Source of the DNA: a virus
DNA length: 64,000 nt
Reading direction: 5' to 3' (one strand)
Virus record (IMG/VR): IMGVR_UViG_3300036851_000172
Span: 9,334-73,333 of that record
Shown here: positions 38,680 to 47,696 of the stretch, piece by piece
How positions within the stretch are numbered: position 1 is the first letter of the stretch
How the letters are laid out: the number at the start of each line of letters is the position of its first letter
Made by a program: the position numbers and the translations under genes
Notes under the pieces: generated by a model
Databases searched by the model: none
Seen by the model: the letters and a program-made list of their open reading frames with translations, nothing else
Told to the model about the DNA's origin: nothing

Positions 38680-38910
38680 TCACGCGGCGGACGGCAACGG
38701 CTGGCCTACGCGCGCTGTTATCACTTCGCATAGTTCCGGCAGCACGCGGTCGCCGTATTCGACGCGGAGATAGTCAGCAGCAACACCAGCGACGACACAG
38801 GCCGCTTCATCGAGGCCAAGCCCGCGCTCCATGGCGCGATGGATGGCGTCTGAAACCTCGTTCGCGAGGTCATTTGGAATCGGCCCGGTCACGATCTCGA
38901 ATTCTGTCAC
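38680..38910 (-). CDS. hypothetical protein
   Basis: GGAGG RBS with GTG start. Confidence 0.5.
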   Translation of the reverse strand: MTEFEIVTGPIPNDLANEVSDAIHRAMERGLGLDEAACVVAGVAADYLRVEYGDRVLPELCEVITARVGQPLPSAA

Positions 38911-38951
38911 GGCTACCTCCGAAAATTGCAGTCTGACGCACTGCTATAGGT

Positions 38952-39167
38952 TCACGCGGCACTCTTCTTTGGCACAGACTTCGCCGAGCGGACCCACTTT
39001 CTCGGGTCGGTGATCTCGTCATAGCGCCGCGAGCACGGACCGCACAGGTCGAGAATGCCGTGCATGAGGGTGACGTCCTTGCGCGGGTCTTCGATGCAAA
39101 CCTTGCGCTTTCGATTGTCCGTCCTGATCTCATCATCGCAGCCGTCGCAAAATTCCTTCGTTGCCAT
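38952..39167 (-). CDS. zinc-ribbon protein
   Basis: FCDGC...DLCGPC; GAGG RBS. Confidence 0.6.
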   Translation of the reverse strand: MATKEFCDGCDDEIRTDNRKRKVCIEDPRKDVTLMHGILDLCGPCSRRYDEITDPRKWVRSAKSVPKKSAA

Positions 39168-39483
39168 TTACCTCTCCTATCGGTCACGACGCATGTGTGA
39201 GTGCGCGCTCGAGCCCGGCCACGTCGTCGGCGAGCATCCGCACGAAGGACGTGCGCTCGGGATATCGCGCGCAGATATCAAGGCTCATCCGCACGCGCCC
39301 GCTGCGCAGATGACGAGCGGCGGCCAAGCGCTCAAGCGGGGGCGGCACCAAGCCGTGAACTCCTGGTGCGTCCTATTTACGTCCCACGACGGGAGTTCCG
39401 CGTCCGTTCGCGTGGCGCAAAGCGCTGAAATGTCGGTGGTGGACGTTCCGGATATATATGGCGGTTTCAGCATTTTCAAAGCC

Positions 39484-40455
39484 TTAGCTTTCCCTACGGA
39501 GGGGTATAATTTCCCCCGGTTCGCGGGGTGTTCTGTCGAGGTGAATCACGGCCGCCATGGCGTTGAGGCGCTGTTCCGAGAAGCGCGTGTAGCGCTTTAC
39601 CATCTGCTCGGACATCCCGATCATGTCGGATATCTGCCTGGTGTTGGCGCCTGCCCGCAGGAGCCGTACACAGGCGGTGCCGCGTAGTCCGTGCATCACG
39701 AGGCCTTCCTCAGCTTCCGGCCCCAGCGCTTCCTGCCGCAGGGGCGCCAGCGCGTTGTTCGTATCGCGCTCGTGCGCCCACATCCCGGTCAGGCGCCGAC
39801 GTGTCCATGGCTTGCCGGCGGGGTGAAGGAGGATGAAGCCCGGCCGACGCTCCCAAGTTGCCAAGGCCTTGATCAGTGTTTCGGTAAACGGCACCCAAAC
39901 CTGTTTCTTGGTCTTCTTCTGGGTGACATTGATTCCGGGGTGCCCCTCGTAGTCCTCAATGTCGGTCCAGCGCATCTTGACCAGATCGGAGCCCCGCTGC
40001 CCGGTGTTGGCAGCAAGAGTGATCGCGCGGCTGAGGGCTTCGCGGGCGTGAGTTTCACCCAGAAACACCTGTTCATCGGTCCAAGGGATGTGGCCGCCGT
40101 CCGACCCCTCAGCCTCACATCCGTAGGTGATAGGATGCGGCAGCAAATCCCGCACCAGCGCCCACTTTTCGCAGCGCCGCAACGCCGATAGTGCCGCTTC
40201 CTGCTTCGCGGGCCACTCGGCCAGCCCGTCAAGATAGGCCTGGATGATGGAGGGCCGCATTTCGTGGACGAAATAGGCGCCGAGCGTGTCGGGCCGTTCG
40301 GCCAAGCGCAGCTCGCGTCCCCACAGATCGCGGGTCGCCTCCGCATACTTCGTCCATTTCGGATTCTGCTCCGACATGAAGGCTTTGATCACGGCTGCAA
40401 ATCGTCCCTTCACGACCCTACCTGCGCGTTTCCGCGGCTGCTCGTCTTGTGGCAT
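39484..40455 (-). CDS. int: tyrosine recombinase / integrase
   Basis: TGQRGSDL (R), QKKT (K), HGLR (HxxR), MVKRY (Y). Confidence 0.9.
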   Translation of the reverse strand: MPQDEQPRKRAGRVVKGRFAAVIKAFMSEQNPKWTKYAEATRDLWGRELRLAERPDTLGAYFVHEMRPSIIQAYLDGLAEWPAKQEAALSALRRCEKWALVRDLLPHPITYGCEAEGSDGGHIPWTDEQVFLGETHAREALSRAITLAANTGQRGSDLVKMRWTDIEDYEGHPGINVTQKKTKKQVWVPFTETLIKALATWERRPGFILLHPAGKPWTRRRLTGMWAHERDTNNALAPLRQEALGPEAEEGLVMHGLRGTACVRLLRAGANTRQISDMIGMSEQMVKRYTRFSEQRLNAMAAVIHLDRTPREPGEIIPLRRES

Positions 40456-40666
40456 CTCGCACCCGATCGGCTGATAAAACGGGCGATAGTGTCACGATGG
40501 ATTGTCGACGGCTAGCCAGCGCCTCCCGAATAATGTGGAGGATCTGGCCATTGATGCTGCGGCATTCGTCGCGCGCCCACTCCTCGAGCGCGGCGCGATC
40601 GTCCGGAGTCATGTAGACGTGGGCCTCAGACGTCCGACCTGGTTCCTTGCGCGGTTTGGTGGTCAT
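40418..40666 (-). CDS. Arc-like ribbon-helix-helix protein
   Basis: VYM..D.RAALEEWA....RSINGQILHII. Confidence 0.7.
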   Translation of the reverse strand: MTTKPRKEPGRTSEAHVYMTPDDRAALEEWARDECRSINGQILHIIREALASRRQSIVTLSPVLSADRVRDATRRAAAETRR

Positions 40667-40789
40667 GGCATCAACTCGTCGATCATCGCCAAGGCGGCAC
40701 AGCCGCGTTCCTCACGACCAACCACACGATTGCCGCCCCGATGAGGGCGCCGATCGCCATCGGCAGGAGCAGATACCAGATCGGAATGG

Positions 40790-41164
40790 TCATCGTCGCC
40801 ATAGTGGTTTGCCGCTGTCCCGCCAATAGGCGCCGCCGGCAAGCGGCCGCTTGATCCCTGACGCATACGTCCCCGGCAACGGCCGCCATTGCACCGACTT
40901 GATTCCCCGATGCAGTGCTCGCAACCGATCCGACTTCGCCCGGTTGGATGCTTCATCACCCGTCTTGCCACGATGGCAACGGATGTGGGCTGGTGCCAGA
41001 TTGTCGAAGGTGTCCGAGCCTCCGAGCCATAACGGCTTGACGTGCTCTACCTCCCAACGCTCTCCGCATTCGACGAAGATCTTCGTCTGGCAGATGTGAC
41101 AGAGTCCGCGGGCGGCATCGAAGATGAGGACTTTCTGTGCACGGGTGAGGCGACGGCGTTGCAT
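40790..41164 (-). CDS. HNH endonuclease
   Basis: CHIC...VEH..PL..GG.D...NL...H..CH..KT. Confidence 0.8.
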   Translation of the reverse strand: MQRRRLTRAQKVLIFDAARGLCHICQTKIFVECGERWEVEHVKPLWLGGSDTFDNLAPAHIRCHRGKTGDEASNRAKSDRLRALHRGIKSVQWRPLPGTYASGIKRPLAGGAYWRDSGKPLWRR

Positions 41165-41165
41165 G

Positions 41166-41426
41166 TCAGTCAAACGTTTCGATGTTGTAGCGCATGCGCT
41201 GAAACGGATTCGGTTTGCTGCCTTGCGGACAGATCGCGATGTTTGCTTCCAGGCCGTCGATGCTCACGCGTGCGCCTTGCATGTCGAGCCCGGGCTCAAG
41301 TCCAAGGAACTGAAACGGCAGGTCGCATTGCGAGCATTTGATCGTGATTTCAGCCATGAAGCCGCCGATGTCTTCGAGCCGTGCGACGGCGACCTTGGCG
41401 TGGAAGTTTTCGTGCTTGCAGGTCAT
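41166..41426 (-). CDS. Cys-containing hypothetical protein
   Basis: C.HENF...C..C..PF.F.GL..G; GGAGG RBS. Confidence 0.55.
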   Translation of the reverse strand: MTCKHENFHAKVAVARLEDIGGFMAEITIKCSQCDLPFQFLGLEPGLDMQGARVSIDGLEANIAICPQGSKPNPFQRMRYNIETFD

Positions 41427-41650
41427 TCGGCTGCCTCCAGCAGATCGTCACCGCGCTTATATCTGATCGCCTCACGTCCTTCGTTGGTGATGACGTATCC
41501 GTCTTTGACGAGACGAAGCATCCCATGCGGATGCACCAGGCTGCGATAGATACCGGTCGGAATATGAGGATCACGTTCCATCACTGAACCATTGGCAGCT
41601 ACAAGGAGGACGAGGCGCTGTGGCGTGGTGAGCTTCGGGCGTTGGCTCAC
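41423..41650 (-). CDS. small winged-helix-like protein
   Basis: KLT..QR..L...Y.IT.EGR.A. Confidence 0.5.
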   Translation of the reverse strand: MSQRPKLTTPQRLVLLVAANGSVMERDPHIPTGIYRSLVHPHGMLRLVKDGYVITNEGREAIRYKRGDDLLEAAE

Positions 41651-41812
41651 CTCAAAAGCTCCCGAAACTCATGATGGCGACGATCGCGCCGACAAGGACG
41701 ACAGCGTACAAGATGCGCTCCCGTCTCTTGCGATGAGCGATGATCGGTTCCTGCTTGTAGTAGCGCTCAGGGAACCGTTGCATCGGCGGCGGGACTCCCC
41801 AGTTGCGATGGG

Positions 41813-42163
41813 TCATCTTAACATCTCCTCCGGATGCAGCGTCTCCTCGATCAGGTCGAGCGCGCGTTTAATGACCGGGTCCGACTTGACCGGCGCGAGC
41901 TGTGCCTGCAGGACACGCAGGACGTCACGGTAATTGCAGCAATCGGCGAAGAGCCCGGTCCACGCATTCACCGCGACGCACACGCGGGATGCGACGAATG
42001 GCGATGTGAAATCGATGGTGTTGCCGTTGGCGTCCTTGACGTCGACGCAGTGGTCGAGACCGGGATGGCGTTCGACAGCGCGCCACGGAGTCTTACCGAC
42101 GGTGGAATCCGGTTGGGTATTTGCTGGGGTCACCCGCGAGCCGTGTACGTGTGTTACAGTCAT
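41813..42163 (-). CDS. hypothetical protein
   Basis: TPW...A.R...AVNA motif. Confidence 0.5.
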   Translation of the reverse strand: MTVTHVHGSRVTPANTQPDSTVGKTPWRAVERHPGLDHCVDVKDANGNTIDFTSPFVASRVCVAVNAWTGLFADCCNYRDVLRVLQAQLAPVKSDPVIKRALDLIEETLHPEEMLR

Positions 42164-42506
42164 GGGTCACCTGTGGTCTCGGTTTGACGATCCGCCGAGG
42201 ACATGAATCCGCTCAGCAGCGCGGGTGTCGTGGCCGGTGAGACTAGGACATCACCAGCCACGACACTTGCCGCCCTCTGTCCAACTGCCGTGAGATGCTC
42301 GCCCATGCGGCGGGCAAATGCAGAGGCCTCGTGGCCTTCATTCTTCGAGTGGTTGTAGCGCAAGCCGCAGGTGCAGGTGATTCGCGTTTGCCAGCGGTCA
42401 TGTCACGACCACCCCAGTATGATCTGAACTGCCATCACCACGTTCACGCATCCCGCCAGCATGAGAGCGGACGAGACCAGAGCGACGGTGTTGAGAGCGG
42501 CAGCGG

Positions 42507-42884
42507 TCATTGCTGTGCCGTCGCCTCTTCGGCCTCGGCCATCGGTGCCGGCTTGACCAATCGCGGCGGTCCATCGAGCGCCGCGGCCTTCTCCTTTAGT
42601 TTTGCCAGAGTTTCCGCCAGCGCATCGCGGGCGATCCTGGTGACGGCTTGTCGGCGCTTGACCTCGGTGAGATGGTGCTCGGCGTCGGCGGCCTCGCCCG
42701 CGAGCATGTTGTCGGTCTCGTCCAGCTCCTTGATGTGGTTGGAGAGAAATGTTTGGACGCGATCGATCGAGTAGTCGGCCGGCTGTGGCGCGAATTCCGC
42801 GGCGGGGTGCTCCAATGGGGCGACGTTGCGCAACTGCGTTTCGACGTCACGGTGCCAGTCGGGATTTCGCTTGCGTTTGAACAT
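42507..42884 (-). CDS. coiled-coil hypothetical protein
   Basis: GGAG RBS; helical composition. Confidence 0.5.
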   Translation of the reverse strand: MFKRKRNPDWHRDVETQLRNVAPLEHPAAEFAPQPADYSIDRVQTFLSNHIKELDETDNMLAGEAADAEHHLTEVKRRQAVTRIARDALAETLAKLKEKAAALDGPPRLVKPAPMAEAEEATAQQ

Positions 42885-43056
42885 TGGCGCGCTCTCCGGT
42901 TTGGGTTGATGGGTTACGCGTCACGATCTGTAGATTCACCAGGACGATCGAAGGGGCTATGTGCGCCGCCGTCCGCGATCATGAGCAGCGCGGCGACGAA
43001 GGCGCTGAGCGCGATGAGCGCGATGAGCGCGGCGAGGTCCTCGGCGATCCAGCGGA

Positions 43057-43305
43057 TCATGACTTCAAAGCCTCCCGACATTCCGCGCAAACGGGGCGCT
43101 CGAATTTTAGACTGGCGTAGAGCAGCTTCCGGAACGCCTCTGCATCCAGACCGTGTGCCTCGGCGTGCGCAGCCGTCAGCAACTCCATGGATGCGGTCGA
43201 TGGATCGAAGTAATAGGCGAGGCGCGGATCATGTTTGATCCGCTGCAGCAGGTGGCTGATGGCCTTGTGGGCGGCGGCGCTCATCACGCGGCCTCCGATG
43301 TGCAA
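43057..43305 (-). CDS. hypothetical protein
   Basis: Coupled leftward run; C-terminal CxxC. Confidence 0.45.
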   Translation of the reverse strand: MHIGGRVMSAAAHKAISHLLQRIKHDPRLAYYFDPSTASMELLTAAHAEAHGLDAEAFRKLLYASLKFERPVCAECREALKS

Positions 43306-43571
43306 TTGAACGCGCCCTTGCCGTGGCTCTTACCGCCGCAAGCGCACTCACACTTCATGATGCGCCCGGTTGCGTTGATGCAACGGGCGTCGCATTCGTG
43401 CTTGGAGGCGAAGGGCTTGTACTCGACGCGGCGGGTTGCGCGGTGCGAAGTCATCGCCGGCGAGAAGCCCCAGAAATTTTCCGGCTTGGTTTGGAGCGAG
43501 CCGTCATGCCAAACGCGGGATAGCTCGATGGTCTGACCGTTCACGTCCGCGAAGTATTTGATGTTCGCCAT
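43284..43571 (-). CDS. Zn-binding phage protein
   Basis: HECDARC..A.G...CEC.CGG..HG. Confidence 0.65.
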   Translation of the reverse strand: MANIKYFADVNGQTIELSRVWHDGSLQTKPENFWGFSPAMTSHRATRRVEYKPFASKHECDARCINATGRIMKCECACGGKSHGKGAFNCTSEAA

Positions 43572-43590
43572 GGCTGACCCCGTTGTTCGA

Positions 43591-43821
43591 TCACCGCCGC
43601 CGGACCGCGCCGGCCGAGGCGAAGGAGAGCGTCTCAAACTGAGGCTTGTCCTGCGCGGCGAGCATCCGAAGGCAGAAGGAACAAGTGACTTCGGCGCGGT
43701 TGTCGGTGAGGTTCATTCCGCCCGACAGCACCCGGATCCGATTGCAGAGCGTGCCGTTGACGGTGCCGCCGAACACGCCGGGCCGAACCTTCTGCATATG
43801 CGTCTTGGTCATGTTGCCCAT
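43591..43821 (-). CDS. first gene of the PL operon
   Basis: GGAGG RBS; TLC...VTC..C. Confidence 0.55.
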   Translation of the reverse strand: MGNMTKTHMQKVRPGVFGGTVNGTLCNRIRVLSGGMNLTDNRAEVTCSFCLRMLAAQDKPQFETLSFASAGAVRRR

Positions 43822-43867
43822 CCCGGCCTCCCCTTGGGGTTCTTCCCAGTTCCTATCTGATGATGTT

Positions 43868-43909
43868 GTTATAGGCCCTTACAGAAAGTCTGTCAACAGA
43901 ATTTCTGTT
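43868..43909 (-). promoter_or_regulatory. PL promoter with two operators (OL)
   Basis: Minus strand TTGACA-17-TATAAC; ACAGAAAGTCTGT (43881-43893) and AACAGAATTTCTGTT (43895-43909). Confidence 0.8.
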
Positions 43910-43977
43910 AATCTATACACAAGATAATTCCCGTGGCGGAAATGCCACAGGTTTCACAGGTCAAAATTTAAGATGGA

Positions 43978-44382
43978 TCAGCGTTTGGCTTGGGCTGGCG
44001 GCCGGAAATCGCCGTTGAGTTCCGGGAATGGAACGTGGGCCTGTTGGTCGCAGTGCCATGCGATATTGGAATTTACGACCTCCGGCGGCCTGCCGTCGTC
44101 ATAGATGCCGATCAAGTCGTCCTTCTCGCCCGTATAACCGCCGAACCCGCCCTTAGCGTTCAGGCGGACGCAGACGTGCCACATCATCCCCATGTGCCGG
44201 ACCGGTGCGGCGACGCTGGCGTTCTTGATGCTGTCCGGGTCTTTCCATAGGCGACCCTTATTGGCGAGGATGATGGCCTTGGCATCGGGTGGGGCGACCG
44301 CCGCTGCATCGCTATCCGTCGATGTGCGGCACGCTGCCGCACCGGCGGCCAGGCAGGCGATGAAACAGATTCGCCTGATCAC
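43978..44382 (-). CDS. lipoprotein co-transcribed with the repressor
   Basis: Lipobox AAAC; KDPDS...VC...NAK..FGGYTG. Confidence 0.65.
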   Translation of the reverse strand: MIRRICFIACLAAGAAACRTSTDSDAAAVAPPDAKAIILANKGRLWKDPDSIKNASVAAPVRHMGMMWHVCVRLNAKGGFGGYTGEKDDLIGIYDDGRPPEVVNSNIAWHCDQQAHVPFPELNGDFRPPAQAKR

Positions 44383-44723
44383 CTGCGTCTCCTAGATTGC
44401 GGCCCGCTGGTCGCCAGTGCCTGAAGCACCTCGATCGCCGTAGCTCGCCGTTCGGCCGGAATCGATTTCACGAGCGCTACAAGCTCGTCGCCGGTCACTG
44501 TTGCGCGCTTGTCGCCCTCACCGGTCAGTAGCCAACCGGCTGAGACGTTGAAGGCCTTCGCGTACAGCTCTGCCGCATCTTGCGGGATTTTGGCGGTCTG
44601 GCCGTTCTCGTGTGACGCGTAGGTCGAAGGGTGCCAGCGATGCCGCAGTGCCGCCGACCGCGCTGAGCGGAATCCAGCCTCTATTCGGGCTGTCCGGAGC
44701 CGATCTTTTGGGAGTTCCGCCAT
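44379..44723 (-). CDS. cI: CI-like repressor (HTH only, no S24 peptidase domain)
   Basis: RLR.AR..AGF.SA...STYASHENG...YA.AF.VS..WLLTGEG; divergent from the cro-like gene. Confidence 0.8.
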   Translation of the reverse strand: MAELPKDRLRTARIEAGFRSARSAALRHRWHPSTYASHENGQTAKIPQDAAELYAKAFNVSAGWLLTGEGDKRATVTGDELVALVKSIPAERRATAIEVLQALATSGPQSRRRR

Positions 44724-44748
44724 GCCCGCGAGTTTTCCACGGGACATT

Positions 44749-44791
44749 AACAGAAATCCTGTTGACTGACTTAACAGAAGTTCTGTAGATT
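44749..44791 (+). promoter_or_regulatory. OR operators and PR promoter
   Basis: AACAGAAATCCTGTT (44749-44763) and AACAGAAGTTCTGTA (44773-44787); TTGACT-18-TAGATT. Confidence 0.75.
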
Positions 44792-44799
44792 GCGATTCG

Positions 44800-45051
44800 A
44801 TGAACACGGACGCCTCACATCATACGGTCGCTGACGTGATCGACGCCTTCGGTGGCAACACCGGCTTTGCCCGGCTGCTCGCGCTCAAGAACCCATCGAA
44901 CGCCAGCGAGATGCGTCGGTCCGGGTCGATCCATGTGCGTTATTGGCCGGCGATCATTGATGAGGCGCGGAAGCGCGGCCCCGAGCTGGATTGGATTACG
45001 GCGGATGCGTTGATGTTCATGCACGCGCCGCAAGCCGAGGCCGCGCAATGA
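44800..45051 (+). CDS. cro: Cro-like repressor
   Basis: VIDAFGG....A..L......S....GSI...YW..II..A; probably leaderless. Confidence 0.75.
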   Translation: MNTDASHHTVADVIDAFGGNTGFARLLALKNPSNASEMRRSGSIHVRYWPAIIDEARKRGPELDWITADALMFMHAPQAEAAQ

Positions 45052-45053
45052 CA

Positions 45054-45308
45054 TCAGTGCAAGTTCGCATCGATGCCATTGATGGTGGGCGCCCGGCAGT
45101 TGGCGATCTCCTGCCACGATCGTCGCTGATCCTCCTCCAAGCCGATCAGTGGTCTGGTCAACGCGCCGACGATGCGACGTTGCCAGATGCCATTCAAACG
45201 GAACCAGTCCCACATCAAAAATCGGACCAATGGGCCGATCACGTAGCACTCGCTCATCGAGTGACAGTGAATTTCGGGATAGTTTCCGTCGTCGATCACA
45301 GGCTCCAT
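45054..45308 (-). CDS. antisense hypothetical protein
   Basis: GGAGG RBS; 84 aa; convergent with cro. Confidence 0.5.
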   Translation of the reverse strand: MEPVIDDGNYPEIHCHSMSECYVIGPLVRFLMWDWFRLNGIWQRRIVGALTRPLIGLEEDQRRSWQEIANCRAPTINGIDANLH

Positions 45309-45796
45309 GCGGTTGTCCCTCCGGTACGCACATCCACCGGTAAACAATGTACACAGAGGTGCTGTGATAAGAACATAGGCAATCTGACACCATTGCCGTA
45401 CGCTGTGGATTGTGCGCTGTTCCAATACGGAACCGGGCATTCCCTGATTGACAAATCGAACTTTCCAGTTCGGCACCGCGTGGGTGTAGCCCCCATCCGC
45501 AGCGGTGGGTGTGAGCCGGCGGTGACTCTGGCTTCCCGCGGTGCCGAAACCGTTTCAGCGTTGCGTCGCGTTCCTCCTGTTGGTGGCGCGTGCGCTCGCG
45601 TTGGCTCAGAGCGCCCGTCCCAACAGGAAAGGAACACAACGTCGCCGCGACGGGCAAACTGCGGCGCGGCCGATGGGTACGCGGGACAGTCGTCCCGACC
45701 GGCCGCGCCGCGTTCTTCCCTGATGGGAGTCGGGGGAGACGAGGCATCAGGGAATCCGTTGTTGTTGTCGTGTGTGTCGCGTGGGGGCGTTGCGTC

Positions 45797-46054
45797 ATGT
45801 CGAGCGAATCACTATCGAGTTCAGTTCCGGGAACAAGCGCAAAGAGGGGACAGTCTCGTCCCCGTAGGGACAAAATTGTCCCTCGCAAATTTGGGGCCGT
45901 CGCCAAGGTCTTATGGACCAAGCCGGCGGCCGTCATCGCCCACATCGCGGGATGCGACGTGCGAACCGGCAAGCGCATCTTGCGCGGCGAGGCGCCGATT
46001 CCCGTCATCGTCTTGCTGGAGGCCTGCAACGAGATGGTGCGCCCGCAGGAATGA
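45797..46054 (+). CDS. CII-like HTH protein
   Basis: KPAAVIAHIAGCDVRT.KR.LRGE; position after cro. Confidence 0.55.
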   Translation: MSSESLSSSVPGTSAKRGQSRPRRDKIVPRKFGAVAKVLWTKPAAVIAHIAGCDVRTGKRILRGEAPIPVIVLLEACNEMVRPQE

Positions 46055-46588
46055 CCAGCGGCAACCGGGTTACAGCCGCCCGGCGCGTGTGGCCCCGAAC
46101 GTGGAAAATTCGGGGCGCGCAATTTCACGGTACCCAGAGCGCATGAGCGCAAATCCCGGAGGCCGCAAGCCGAAGGGGCTGACAGGAACGGCGAGCGCGA
46201 GCGCTGTCCTGTCGGCGGATTATCTCGCGCCAGCCGACCCGGCGGCTGTTGAGGGCGTCTGCGGACGTGAGCCACCGGCGCTCCCATTCCTAGCGAACGC
46301 GCAATTGATCTGTGGCCCTATGAAGGAACCGACCCGCCGGGCTGTGGAGAGTATGAAACGTTGCGCTAGTAGGCTCGCTGCCGGGCGAACGGCAGTAGCG
46401 GTCGGAACGTCGGTTGTCGCCGACCGCACCCATTCCTTCCGAGGCCCTACGTCAACCGCCGTATTAGCCATTCAGGGACGGCCCGCGACCGAAAAGGCCT
46501 CGGCTCAGGCGTCGCCTGAATCAGGAGACGCCGGGCGGATGCAGGACCGATGCGTGTCCATCCGCCCACCTTTCATCCGAGGTGCCTC

Positions 46589-46825
46589 ATGAGCGACGGC
46601 ACGTACAAAGACTTCCTCTGCGAATACCCGTTCGACGGATCCACGTGGTCGTTCACGATCAAGGCCCGCGACCATGTGGAAGCGGAGGAACGGATCCGCC
46701 GCATGTGCTGGGCGGATGTGAAGGGTGAGATCTGTGCCGTCATTCCGGCATCGGTTCCGGGCGCCGGCTTGTTCGTCCGCGCGACCTGCTGGCTGCGGAA
46801 CACGTTCGTGCGAGGTGCGGCATGA
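46589..46825 (+). CDS. hypothetical protein
   Basis: GAGG RBS; F.CEY.FDG..W...I.A....EAE.R. Confidence 0.6.
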   Translation: MSDGTYKDFLCEYPFDGSTWSFTIKARDHVEAEERIRRMCWADVKGEICAVIPASVPGAGLFVRATCWLRNTFVRGAA

Positions 46826-47061
46826 GCCAACTGCTCGCGATCTACCTCGTCATCGGCGGCATGCTCTGGCTCTTGTCCGAGATGCTGATGGGCGCCACGC
46901 GCGTGGCGTACCTTGAGCGGCTCGATAAAGGCTATTCGGTTGGCTACGTGCGTGCGGTTGCCGTAGTCGCCATCAGCCTCATCATCGTGTGCTGGCCCAT
47001 GATTTACGTCGCCGCGATCGTGGGGACTGTCAGGGCGCTGTTGCGAGGTGAGACAACCTGA
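46822..47061 (+). CDS. two-TM membrane protein
   Basis: Hydrophobic segments, WP motif. Confidence 0.55.
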   Translation: MSQLLAIYLVIGGMLWLLSEMLMGATRVAYLERLDKGYSVGYVRAVAVVAISLIIVCWPMIYVAAIVGTVRALLRGETT

Positions 47062-47696
47062 TGACGTCCCTTTCTCGATCGGAGAGACTCATGAAAACTG
47101 AGACAGCAATCGGCGCAGCTATGGAGCGGGCCGGCTTCAATTCCGCGCAGTTGCGGCTACGCCAGGCCGGTCTGGATGCGCTCAGAAAGCATCATCGCAA
47201 CATAGGGCGTGCGGTTCCGACGCTGGAAATCGTCGTCGAAGACGATCCCGAACTGATCGGCGAGTTGGTGCTGAATTATCTTTGCGGTCTCGACGCCGAG
47301 GCCAACGGCGGCGGCCGCCCATGCACTGGTGACCAGACATCTGGTGCCGCCGCTCGCAACGGGGCGGGCCAGGCGTTTGATGCTCACCCGACGGGAAGTG
47401 CCCGCCCCGTTCGCGAACCCTCGGCCTCCGATCGTGCCGCGGCCAGCCGCGTCGCTGCGCAGATCGCTGTGACGATATTCGATCGCGCGAAGACTGCCGA
47501 CGGCCGCCCCTGGGGCAACGTCGGTGCTCACGAGCTTGATGGCATGGACCGCGACGGCGCGCTTGCGCGGGCGGTCAAGGCGCGACTGGGGCAACTCTCG
47601 AATCGCCAGCGTTTCCAGACATTGCGCGAGTTGATGGCGCCCGATGCCTTCGAGGCGTGCGTCGATGAGTTGCGGGAGCAATCGCATGACGCGTAA
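47061..47696 (+). CDS. hypothetical protein upstream of the Tas-like gene; carries two guide-like units
   Basis: Coupled ORF; the low-complexity middle part is the translation of the units at 47308-47411. Confidence 0.65.
   Translation: MTSLSRSERLMKTETAIGAAMERAGFNSAQLRLRQAGLDALRKHHRNIGRAVPTLEIVVEDDPELIGELVLNYLCGLDAEANGGGRPCTGDQTSGAAARNGAGQAFDAHPTGSARPVREPSASDRAAASRVAAQIAVTIFDRAKTADGRPWGNVGAHELDGMDRDGALARAVKARLGQLSNRQRFQTLRELMAPDAFEACVDELREQSHDA
47308..47411 (+). ncRNA. TIGR-like dual-spacer units 1-2
   Basis: GCGGCGGC-CG-cccatgcac-TGGTGACCA-gacatctgg-T-GCCGCCGC; AACGGGGCGGGC-CA-ggcgtttga-TGCTCACCC-gacgggaag-T-GCCCGCCCCGTT. Confidence 0.75.

Noticed and set aside
39430-39460. tRNA 3' end as att core (TGGTGGACG reads as ...CCA on the minus strand)
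   Set aside because: No T-arm (GTTCGA) at the expected distance; no tRNA gene recognised in the window.
45661-45711. Additional TIGR-like unit (GCGGCGCGGCCG stem with a 9-nt bulge)
   Set aside because: Lacks the second 9-nt spacer and the CCA/TG boxes; treated as an ordinary nested hairpin.
44815-46592. Long ORFs 44991-46592 (+, 533 aa) and 44815-46287 (-, 490 aa)
   Set aside because: Arg/Pro/Ser-rich with no motifs, overlapping better-supported short genes; typical high-GC shadow frames.
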